Below are positions 13,412 through 24,769 of a stretch of 64,000 nt of DNA, piece by piece. The translations under genes and the position numbers were made by a program. The DNA comes from Azolla caroliniana (Eukaryota > Plantae > Polypodiophyta), in assembly GCA_043228905.1 (NCBI GenBank), contig JBHGNT010000011.1:5022001-5086000 (forward strand), in the 5' to 3' direction. A model generated the notes under the pieces. That model worked only from the letters and a program-made list of their open reading frames with translations, did not search any database and was not told the origin of the DNA. Position 1 is the first letter of the stretch, and the number at the start of each line of letters is the position of its first letter.

Positions 13412-13783
13412 CCCTATGGTCATGGTTGACAAGGTGAGTTCGCACGCAATGGAGGCGTCCGACAGGAGCAAAACCGAAGGAATAATTTGAAATGCCGACA
13501 ACAAATCTGGACGCTCCGGAAACAAGGGGAGTCAAGATGACAGGTCAAACCCGCAAGGAAGGGCCGGGACGGAATGGTGGTATTGTGGCAAAAAAGACCC
13601 CATGGTCGTGGTTGACGAGGTGAGTTCACACGCAATGGAGGCGGCCGACAGGAACAAAACCAAAGGAATAATTTGAAATGCCGACAGCAAATCCGGACGC
13701 TCCGAAAACAAGGTGAGTCAAGATGACACTTCAAACCGGCAAGGAAGGGCAGAGATGGAATGGTGGTATTGTGGCAAAAAAGG
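13412..13783 (+). repeat. 186-bp tandem duplication in copia B gag (zinc-knuckle region)
   Basis: ATGGTC(A/G)TGGTTGAC at 13416 and 13602; both copies end with GGTATTGTGGCAAAAAA. Confidence 0.9.
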
Positions 13784-16700
13784 CCACCAAGAGAGCGAGT
13801 GCTAGAAGAAGCACACCGATTCGAACAAATCCGGATCTCGCAAGGTAGGACAAGGGAGTCGGCAAAGCTCACACTACACCAAATGATCGGATGGATCTAG
13901 AACCAGAAAGACCAGAAATGGATTGGGCCCAGCCTTTGTGATGAAGCACAATGCTAATTCGATGAAGACAAGCACCTCAAAACCGAATGAGGTATGGTAT
14001 GTTGATTCCGGAGTGTCGAACCATATGACGAGCCACGAGGAATGGTTCTCTTACTTGGAGCAACCGGAACAACCAAAAGTCGTCGAAACCAGTGACAACA
14101 CCCCACATACCATAGAACATGTCGGTGAAGTTCTCTTAGACCACGCTAGATAGAAGGGGAAGTTGATGAACGTTCTACATGTCCTAACAATTGCAAAGAA
14201 TCTGTTGTCGGTTGGACAGATTGTTGACCAAGGGATGTAGGTCAAGTTCACACATCTTGGGTGCTTCATTGAAGAAGAAGGCAAAGTCATTGCACAAGGG
14301 AGCTGAGAAGGGAGGATGTTTATCCTCGAAACAAATGAGGTCGGAACCGCGATTTTTGCAAAAGGGAAAAAAGTCGAGTCGGATATCGACTTCTAGCACA
14401 AGTAGTTTGGCCATATCAACTTCCGGAAGCTTCAGGAGATGTAGTCGAAACATGTGGTTTCCGGATTACTGAAATTTGGTGGCTAGAAGGGCCAGATTTG
14501 TGAAGCTTGCTAGCTCGGGAAGTAGCATAGGCTTCTGTTCCCCAATGAGAAGAATTGGAGCTGACATTGGCTCGATTGCATCGATTTGGATGTGTGGGAA
14601 CCGACATAGAGCGTGAGCATGAGAGGAAGCAGTTACTTTGTAACCTTCATTGATGACTACACTCAACACATTGGGGTGTGCTTGATCATGAAGAAGAACG
14701 AACTCTTCTCCTATTTTCCGAAAGGTGAAGAGCCTTGTTGAACGGGAAACCGGAAGAAAAATCAATTGCCTAAGGTTCGATGGCAAAAAGGAGTACTTTT
14801 CCGACCAATTCTTGAGTTATCTGCAGAAGGAGGGAAATCAGCGAGAATTCTGTTGCAGATACACATCGAAGTAGAATGGTTTGGCCAAGCAAAAGAATCG
14901 AACAATAAAGGAGGCAATACAAGAAATAGTTGAAGAGAATCATCTACCGAAGTTCTACTGGGCCGAAGCGGCCCGGACAACCGTCTATGTGTAGAAGAAG
15001 ACATCTGCAAATGGAGGAGTGTCAGCACATGAGCTCTACTTTGGAATGAAACTGAATCTGGGACAGTTGAGGGTGTTCGACAGCATTGCCTATGTGCATG
15101 TGCCGAAGGAGAAATGGAGGAAGCTGGACGTTATAGCTGAGAAGTGCATTCTCGTCAGCTACTCGGACAAGCAGAAGGGTTATAAGTGTTATAACCCCCG
15201 AACCAAACAGGTCTAGGTCAGTCGAGATGTCGTGTTCGACAAGTCGGCGTCATCGTACTTGCCCTTATCTCCGATCCTCGACAACTCTATTCGGATCATT
15301 CAGGATGAGGTCAGTGAGGCTGAAATGCCTCCTAACGAAGATATAATCGAAGCTCTTGAAGAAATTCCAATCTCATTCCGACTAAGTGGGCTGAATGAGA
15401 AACTGAGTCGGATTGACCATACCAATGATGAGTCGGCGAGTAGTGGAGACTTGGTCGTGCACTCCTCGTGCAAAGTAGCGGTAGATGATGAAGATGACAA
15501 CCGTCTCTGTTTTGCTAGCGGTAGCCGTGACAAAGAAGTGGCACGTACATCAAATGGATGTAAAGAATGTGTTCCTGCAAGGTGAGCTTGAGGAACAAGT
15601 GTACATGGTGCATCCCCCTTTAATTTAGTCCATAATGAATACGTCGATTTTCTGCCGATTGAAGAAGTCCCTCTACAAATTAAAGCAAGCCACGCATGCC
15701 TGGAATCCGGAGATTACGCAATGATTATGTCGGATGGGGTTTGCCAAGTCGAAGTCAGACTCTTCACTTTTCATCTGGCAAGGTCGGAATGGGTCGGTTA
15801 GTATTTTACTTTACATTAATGATTTAGTTATCACCGGATCCGACCAAGAAGAAATCGGTCGCGTCAAGTCCAAGCTAGCGGCATCATTCGACATGAAGGA
15901 TCTGGGGGACCTTCATTACTTCCTTAGGATCGAAGTGATCCACACCCCCGAAGGTATATTGATCAGCCAACAACATTATGTGCTGAGTACGCTCTTCAAT
16001 TTTGGAATGACAAAGTGCAAGTCTGTCTCAACTCCTCTGGATAGGAATGTGAAACTTCGCCCCGACTAGTGAACGACATGTGATCCGAAACGGTTCCGAC
16101 AGATAGTCGAAGCCTGCTATATTTGACCATTACCCAGCCAAACCTTAGCTACCCCGTAGTACTGATTAGTCAATTCATGGTGTATCCAACTGTGTAGCAC
16201 CTTTAGTGCGCATGACGAATACTTAGGTATGTTAGTGGCACCAAGGACCGGGGGTTGCTATATCGAGCTGGTGTAGCCGGACAGTTAGTCGGCTACACGG
16301 ATGCCAATTGGGCCGGAAATGGACGAGAAGGTAGTGGAAGTTGATGCAAAGATGCAGGAACTAGACGGGTCATGGGAAGTGGGACCAGATAGATCAAGGA
16401 GCGTGAGCAAGGTAGGAAAACGGTCGGAGGAGCCGGAGGAAAGGATTGGCAGACACTGACACCATAATCCAACCTCAAGTTGAGCTTGAGGGAGCAAGCT
16501 CAACATGATTCGGATCGGTGTTCGGAATGGTGAGTCGGATTAGTGTCGAGATCTTAATGTAACCAGTAGGCCGTTAGAGGTCTACAATCCTAGCCTAGTA
16601 CGTAGACATATTTTTAAGAGTCAGTGTGAGTAGCTCGGTACGCGCATTGAAGTACATGTTAGTACTTCTATCAGTCCTTTTAAGGACTTGTATAAAAGTG

Positions 16701-16879
16701 CTCACTGAGAAATTGTATGTACAGAGTATTCATTATTTTGAAATTGAGGTTTTGTTGTCTTACTCTCTCTATCTATATCTTACTCACACACCTACTCTGT
16801 GTATTCCATTCTTTGTGTTTTCTGTTGCTATCCGGTTGAGCCAGTTGAGGTCTGTTTAGCTTCCGCATTATCTTTTACA

Positions 16880-17590
16880 GTTATGTACATATTCCAGATG
16901 AGAAGAGATAGAAGCTCGATCCTAAGTTGAAGAGATGTATCCTCGTAGGGTACTCACTTGAATAAAAGGGGTACAACTCTTTAATCCATCCACCCGAAAA
17001 GTTCGAGCAAGTCAGGACGTCGTCTTCGACGAGTCGGCATCATGGTATGGACCAACGAGGACTACGACTCCAACCCCAGTCGACCCGAACTCAGACAACC
17101 AAGAGATAGAAGAGGACGATAAGTTGAGGCATATGTTTGAAGAAAATCCAACTACAACGAAGTTGAGTGAACCTAAAGAGCTTTTGAGTGATTGAAGCAC
17201 ATCTCGTCTAAGTCCGAAGATGGACAAAGGGGAGGTGAAAATACCGGAGTATGAAGATCTGGACGAATGGAGTTAAGACAACCACTCACTCGATATTGAG
17301 TTCAAAGGCCTTGATGCCCCTATTATCTAGACGAATGGAGTTAAGAAAGCCATAAACGCCGCAAACGAGAAACCCGAGAGAAGGTGGCGAGAGTTTGAGA
17401 ACTAGAAACTTTTTCGGAAACAACGGTCAAGGATCTATGATGGGTCGAAGCCATGAATGAGGAAATGTAGGCACTATGCAAGAACGAGACATGGGATCTC
17501 GTCCCCCAATCACCACACAAGAAAGGTCAAATATAATGTTGATGGCTCAGTCAATCACTAAAAAGCACGACTCGTAGCAAAAGGATACAA
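16880..17590 (+). mobile_element. Copia INT-RT junction remnant
   Basis: KRSKLDPK / KGY.. / VVFDES motifs and the RT start KARLVAKGY at ~17560-17588. Confidence 0.75.
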
Positions 17591-18432
17591 CAACGGGTCA
17601 TTTAGAACAAGTAATATGTCACATTCCTTTATTGATCAATACATGAGATGTCAAGAATTACAATTTTTTAACAAACTTTCAAGAATGTATCACGCATGGG
17701 CACATGACTTTTAAAAACATCAATCAAAAACTCAGTTAATATTATCAAGATTTCAAATTTAACATATATTTTCTCAATTCATACACATATTTAGCCAAAC
17801 ATTCGCTTGGATTACGAGAATGCTTTCAACTATCATTGTAATATGCTTCATTTTACATAATGTAGAATTTGAATCCAATTGAACAATTTTAGAAACACAA
17901 TTTTAATGTTATATTTCTCTCTAACTCCTATAAAGCTTGTTATATTAAATGAGCAAATTGCATTTTTGGGTATAATTTGACACATATTCACAAGTGAATA
18001 TCACATTATATACCTCACATGCTCAAAAACTTCTATGAACATTATATCCCAATCATATATGAACAACCTAAATGTAAGATCAAGTGAGCAACAATGTTGA
18101 CTTAATATTATTTTGTACACTTGAAACTAAATAACCAAGATTAAAGAGCTCAGAAATCCTTGAATAAAGCTAAATTCAAGTATATTAATAAAGAAAAATT
18201 TATAACCAACATTTGTCATACAATCGATAAGTTCATCATCATCTATTCAATAAAAATTATACTTAACAACCACATACTTTGCGAGTCAACCAATACAAAT
18301 ATATGATAGAAAATTAAAGTTTACAAACCCATCAAATAGTGTAAAGAAATGGTACTCAAACAAAATAATCTTATATTCCAAAAGAAGTTTAGTGTTACAA
18401 TTTTATAGCTACAAATACAAACTAATATACAA

Positions 18433-20737
18433 TCACTCCATTAGGAGGTTCGGAACAGGCTGCTCTACAAGATCAGCTGACAGTAATGCTGCATCAACAT
18501 GTTCTGTCTCCTCACCTGAACCTTGTATATGATCAGAACCCGATGCATCTTCAAGGTCGACAAGGTCGACTCCTTCCTCGTCTATAGGTTCCATTGGCTC
18601 TCTAGAGCCCATCTGAAACATCTTTGTTTCGTTGATATGCTTTGCCCCAACCTCTTAGTCCTGGTCGGGAGAATCCCAAATACCTTGGATCCTCATCTTA
18701 ATAAAATTGACTTGGTCAGGGTCCTTTTCTAATGTGACGAAGTTCCTAAACAGTTTAAGAGCACATGCAGTCGTGTTCCTGAATAAACAATTTCACACAT
18801 ACAAAAGTAAGAAAATAAGACAAGAAATAATATTTCATTTTTAAAAAAAATTGATGAAACTTATGAGCTTACCTGTTCCAGAAAATAAGTCGAGAACCCT
18901 ATCATCAAGGTTCGAGAACAACTCGACCAATCGATTAATCAATCACTCGGGCTTTCAATAAGGGTTTACTAAACTCTTTTCGCCAGACACACGTGGCACA
19001 ATTTCTTCGTTACAACTAGGCACATGATATAGTTGACAATGTTCCGCTCATTAACATGTGCCTGAGCCTTCTTCTTAGAAATTGTGTCATAGTTGCCCAC
19101 ACACATGTGCTACACAATGCTCACCATTCGGTCACCCGGGGTATGAGTTATGTTCGTTTTAACCCTATCGTATAATTGAATTGAAACAAGTTAATAGATA
19201 TGTAGTAAGCAACATAGAATTCATACATTAAATATATAGTAACATAATGCTTACCAATGCATATGTTCGGTGGCATGGCATCTCGACTTCAATGCAGTCG
19301 TGACCGATAACGCCTGACCCATACACTGAAATATAACAATATGCCATAATGGTGCCAGGGTGAGCTCCGCAAAGTCCTTAACCATCTTCTCTATTTGCGG
19401 ATATTTGTATGGCACATCGTCGTATGTCAAGCCTGATATTCTGAAGCCATACGATATATCCGCCATGAGCAATGTATAATGTCTCTTGGGTAATATGTCA
19501 AGCATATTACCCACATCACCATTATATACACTATAATACAATTATCGAAAAGGATCACTCTTGTGCAAAAAGATTTTTATAGTATCTGAGTCTTTAGGCA
19601 CCTCGAGCTCCTTTCCTTTTGTCATCCGTTTCTCGTATTTAGCTCGTTCCAAATGGGTGAAGAAGGCACTAGGTATGCCCTCATTGCTGTCACTATTCTT
19701 CTTTGAACGAGGTGGTTTCTATATTTATAAATTTTGTAAGAAGAAACCCATTATCCAATAATCAATTAATATTTGTAGAACATACATACCCATTCTCTAA
19801 ACACGATAAAGAATTCTTCAAGAGCCTTGTAAGATGATGTTTTTGGGCAAGATTGCTCCACTTCTTCCCACGTAGACAGGGACAATTTTTCATCATCAGC
19901 TCTTGAATCTTCATATACACCTTATGGCCAAAAAACAAAAGAAACTAAAATTAGAATAAAGAACAAATCAACAAAACAATCAAATCAAAATGATACATGC
20001 ACATAGATGACTCACTTTTGAAACTCTGTGACCATTTCATAAAGGCTTAACTCCTTCGCAGCCACTCTTGATAATACCGATATCAATAATCTGTCATCCT
20101 TAATTCCTTGTAGTGACCGCCAAGGATGTAGCTTCATATCTTCGGCTAACTCTTCAATTACTAAGTCACTTTTACGTGACTTAGACTTCATCTCCACTTG
20201 TGGGTTGAGCTTAGCCTTCTTTGATTTTTGACCCTTTATTTCTTTACACTCCCACATACTAAAAATGCGATCTTGGAGGTTCCACACCTCCCCTATTCTA
20301 AAGGAAACTTGAAACCATCAATCATATTTTATCAGGCCTTCAGACTTGGTGCTTTCATCACCTGTTATCCCCACTTCAAGCAGACATTGTCGTTGCAATC
20401 CAGGATGCAGCCGAGGACCAAATTTTTGTAGCGCATCAAGGTACTCGTGATGGAAGAACTTGATGCGCTCGATACATGACATGTTTTGTCTATAGTAATT
20501 ATTGTTGTTATGATCCCAAGCTAACAACTTGGCTTCTTCATGTGTAAGGCCTGCATTCACTTCACATTCTGCATACTTGAAGAAAGGGGTAAGAGGATAC
20601 TCCTTGACCAGTTGACGTCGGGCTTCAGCAGAGTGGGATCCTCCAATCATATAGTATGTGTAGTCATCTTCCGAATTGTACTTGAAGTCAGCAACTGTAG
20701 GGCATTGATCTGGGTCGACCATTACTAAGAATGCCAC
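18433..20737 (-). pseudogene. ParB/Srx-like domain fused to beta-class N4-cytosine/N6-adenine DNA methyltransferase, multi-exon, decayed
   Basis: Exon 20737-20016: YYMIGGSHSAEA..L..ECEV..GLTHEEAKLLA..HN..MSCIE (ParB-like). Exon ~19720-19255: VYNGDV..LLMADI(S)YG (motif IV, 19460-19449). Exon ~19164-18874: W.K.N.. then NPY*KP..LVELFSN.DDRVLDLFSGTG (motif I). Exon from ~18778: TTACALKLFRNFVTLEKD..Q.NFIKMR plus an acidic tail. GT..AG introns lie between; several stops and frameshifts. Confidence 0.8.
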
Positions 20738-20744
20738 TACAGTC

Positions 20745-21190
20745 GCAGTGCATTGAGTTCCCGTTGAAAGCAGTACTCATTCAACAGGAACGCATCAAGT
20801 TCCCATTGAAAGAATACTACTTTCAACGGGAACTCGATGCAGTGCATCAAGTTCCCGTTGAGAAAAGAGAGGCGATCGTGTCTCTCTTTGAACTAGATAC
20901 AATGTGCAGTGATCCTAAGATTATCGGCACAGAACAGAAGCGGTTCTTGAATTGATCACACGACATTACGTAAGATTACAACTTCGAGAACTTGTTCGGG
21001 ATTGATTAGAGGAAACCCTATTCTGGATCTTTTCCGAGTCCGATCTCCACCTCCCCTAACCCACTGAAGATGGTAGCGATGGGAAAGATTCTAATTTGGA
21101 ATCGTGTATGGGTAGTATGACGCTGTGAAAATAAAGGGACACCTCTTTCAACAGAACTCGATGCACTGCTAGGAGTTCCCGTTGAAAGGG
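20745..21190. repeat. Array of alternating inverted copies of GTTCCCGTTGAAAG
   Basis: Forward at 20757, 20799, 20851 and 21175; reverse at ~20780, 20820 and 21146. Confidence 0.85.
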
Positions 21191-21688
21191 ATATACCTCG
21201 ATTATGGAAGGAAAAAATGAATAAAACAAAAAAGAATCTTCAAGGAATCTTTTGGAATCTAAAATGTTGGGTTGGAAAACATACCTAGCAATTTTCTTTC
21301 CCTTGTTCATGTTAATGTTGGAGATGTTGACTTGATAGGGGAGGCGAAAACTCCACGATTTTGGTTGCGAAGTGCTCTTCTTCTGCTTGAACGTGATAAT
21401 GAGAAATAGAAGATGACTTCCCTTTATATAATTTTTATTTTGTATTTTCAAAAATATTTTTAATTATTTAAAAAAAAAATAGAAAATATGTTTTTGGACA
21501 TGGTGCTTATTATAGAACCAAGCTTGTGCCTATTTTGGACATTGTTGTTGTTACTTAGCCTTGAGCAAAATGTCGTCAAAGTCGAGTGAAAATTCTCTAT
21601 TTTGTATTGAGCTTGTTATATTATTTGATAACACCTTATTCTCAATTGAGGAATATAGCCATGTTAATAATAAAAGGTACCATGTTAA

Positions 21689-22315
21689 TGACAGGAACAC
21701 ACGCTCCCTAAGCACAACGCTCGACCACAACCGAGGCTAGGATCAAACACAGAAAACGGATACTGAACGCACGACACAGTGAAGAGAAGAGTACACAGGA
21801 TGTTTACGTGGAAAACCCAAACTAGGGAAAAACCACGGCAAGCCCACAGGCTGCAAACTATCACTATGTTACAATGTACAACAGTAAAGCACCGAAGCAA
21901 CGACCTTGAGCTTTCTATCTCTGCCATAGGCGGCAGTTACAACAGAGGCAACAACCTCTTCCTCTCTCCCTCTCTGTACACATTTACACGCTCTAATCTT
22001 GCACCAACAAGAATAGCAACAATAATCATCAGTTTCTCTGTTTGCCCTAAGTCATATTTATACTAATATGACTTTTCGGCTATTTACATATATAGCCTCG
22101 ATGGACTCTCAGAAACATATTTACGAATATGTCCCTTCATCCGGTGAGCACTTCTCACCGGGCCTTCACCATCCAGCTCTTGCCGGGTACTCCTCATCCG
22201 GTTCCCACCGGGTCTTCCGTAGCCGGGTACATGTCATCCGGTTTCGGCCTCGGCCGAGTTTGCTCATCGACACTGTTCTTCTCACTTCCCATCCGGAGGG
22301 ACTTGTTTCCTAACA
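21689..22315 (-). mobile_element. Solo LTR, copia family A-related
   Basis: TG..CA ends, flanks GTTAA/ATTAA, shared family motif GGAAAACCC..AGGGAAAAACCACG. Confidence 0.85.
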
Positions 22316-22491
22316 ATTAAGACCAACGACGATCAAGAGCAAAGCTCGACGTCAATTTTTTCGATAGAGCCATTAAACTTAGGTAAAACAAGATATATTA
22401 AGTACATACAACTCATGTTGAGTCTAGTTTATCGAATGCTAACGAAGACTGTGTCAATAAGCCTCTAAATTTTCATAGAGTTCCTCGACAA

Positions 22492-24080
22492 GTGAGTGTT
22501 AAACGATATAAATTTTTGTGTTCGGATCGACAAATTTCAATTGACATATGCAAGGTATGTTGTGGGAACCTTTGTCTATCAAAATTTGGAAAGGAAAACT
22601 TACGGGGGTTGCGACAAAAGTATTTGTCTCTCAATGGCGATGAACAAGATGCATTCTTGATTGCCAATATGCAATTTGTTAAGGACCATCTGGCAGTGTC
22701 ATGGTCTCCACAGGTGGAATATTACCTTTCACATACTACGAAGAGTTGTCGAGTTGCTTTTAAAATTGCTTATAGCATCGGGAACATGAGGCTATAGAGA
22801 ATTCAACATCGATTACTAAAGGGGTGGTGGGTGCCTTTCAACAATACAGAATCTTCATGTAAGGGCCTGATTGGGCGACATGCTGTTAGATGGATGGAGA
22901 TTTATTTCTCGAAGCAATGTGATGTTATGCCCACCACTTGAAGGTTACATTTGTCAGATAACTTCACTCGTCATGAGGTATACCAAGCCTATAAGGATGA
23001 CATGTTATTGGAAAGTATACCTTATATAAAAGATCGACATTTTAATCGTTTATGGAGATCGAAGTTTAACAATGTGGTCATACCCCGCAAGGTACGGATG
23101 GGTGTTTGTTCGATCTGCACAAGTTTAAAAATCTTGGCAAAGAGTGGGACAACAGATGAAGAAATAAAAAAATATAAGACTTTATTGAGAGAGCATCGAG
23201 GAAGCCGAGCGTTGGAAAGATCTAAAGCTATGCACCATCGTCAAAAAGCGCTTCAATCGCCAGAAAGATACATGTGCTTGATTATAGATGTGGATCAGAA
23301 GAAAACTTGTTTGCCACATTTTCGAAGGTTGCCCAAGGATATTGGAGATGAATGCCTAGTGCAGATGCACTTAGCAACATGTCTTTTGTATTGTCTGATA
23401 ATAAGGCCTCAAGTGTTCTTAACTTATCCAAATATCCACAACAACCCTAATCTTATAGTTACAGTCATGCAAAGAGTTCTACAGAGTTAGCAAGGTTTAC
23501 TCCCACCAGTACTATACGTGCAACTTGACAACACGACGAGAGAAAACAAGAACTCAATGTGTTCGGTTACCTGAGCATGTTAGTAGACAAGGGTATTTTC
23601 AAAAAGATAATGGTCAATTTCTTGCTAGTTGGTCATACACATGATCATATAGATCAAATTTTTAGTAGGTTCTCCAAGAAATTAGCGAGGTGTGATGCTT
23701 TCACACTTCCTGTGCTATCAAGGTTGATCAATGAAGCTTATAACCCCAAGCCAGATGTGCAACATTTAGATGAAGTAGATGATTTCAAGTGCTTTTGTTT
23801 AGATAGTGATGGGACTGAATGTAGGGTTCTTGCTCCGCTTAATAATATAAGTTTTAACCATGTCTTCCTCGTCCAAAAAAGTGTGATCGGTCACGGCCTG
23901 ACCATGTTGTATGCCAAACAAAACACATCTAGTTCGCAATGGGAGCCACAAGATGGATGTAGGTTCTTATTGCATTTCCCAAATGCAATAATTTATGGTG
24001 CTGAGCAAATGCCCTATGACGACCATAAAGTATTGGCTTTTGGTAGTTCAATTGAAGAGCAAAATATATATTGGATGTAG
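22492..24080 (+). pseudogene. Sola1-like DDD transposase (DUF7869-type), decayed
   Basis: N-terminal CC..CL..F / EQDAFL / EYYL..CRVAF, then CSIC, IIDVDQKKTCLPHF, VQLDNTTRENKN (23518-23553) and VNFLLVGHTHDHIDQIFSR. Several stops and a frameshift near 23555. Confidence 0.8.
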
Positions 24081-24769
24081 TTCAATTTCATTCTGTTGCT
24101 TGAAAGTATAATTCTTTGCAAAATCTACTACTAAGACTACTACATCATTCGGAAAATCAGATATGCCAGTCTTAAATTGATGGGCGAATAAATCAAGTTG
24201 TTTTTAATGAACTTTCCTAGAGATCCTACAAATAGAGACACCAAATCCCTTTGTTTTAGTGACTTCCTAACTAGATCCTTTGTTTTACACACCTTTCCTT
24301 CGAAATTGGTGTCCAGAGACTCAAATAACTTGATGGTTAATATTTCAATACTTTAGGACACCACCTAGATGTACTAGGTCCACAATCTTGACATAAACCC
24401 AGGACACATTTATAGTTGTGGAAGATAGCCTCAGATTCTCTCGGGCACAATACTGAATCCAAAAGACCACTCATAGATACGCCTACATGCTCGATTGATT
24501 TATGGAGCTCTGTCTAGCTAGATCGACAAATTGGGCACTCACAAGTGCGTACTGCATCCTGTAGGGAGGAGCTATGGTGATGTAGTAGATTAATAGAATC
24601 CTTGAGAAAACCCATTTCTACATGGTAAATGCAGCAACATGTGTATCAATCCTTTAAGAATTTCACAATGTGTGGCTTAAGAGACTCGAATGTTCGTAGT
24701 TGAACTTTGATTTTTGGATGCATTCACTTGAATGTAATAAATAAATCTACCTACATAATAAGAATGGAG

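Larger units (their letters stand above)
8171..16879 (+). mobile_element. Degenerate Ty1/copia family B element (gag-PR-INT-RT, probable 3' LTR), split by insertion 8828-13405
   Basis: gag MGSSLPTEKLD at 8252, protease WYVDSG.SNHMT at ~13995, integrase 14500-15250, RT LLYINDL/DMKDLGDLHYF at 15734-16069. PPT-like GAGCTTGAGGGAG at ~16482 is followed by LTR-like sequence. Ends approximate. Confidence 0.8.

Noticed and set aside
18433-20737. Bacterial contamination, or a currently functional methyltransferase
   Set aside because: GT..AG introns and plant TE flanks argue against contamination. Stops, frameshifts and DIPY>DISY argue against function of this copy.
20745-20870. Repeats ending in TTGAAAG, resembling CRISPR repeat ends
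   Set aside because: Copies alternate in orientation, there are no unique equal-length spacers or cas genes, and the context is eukaryotic.
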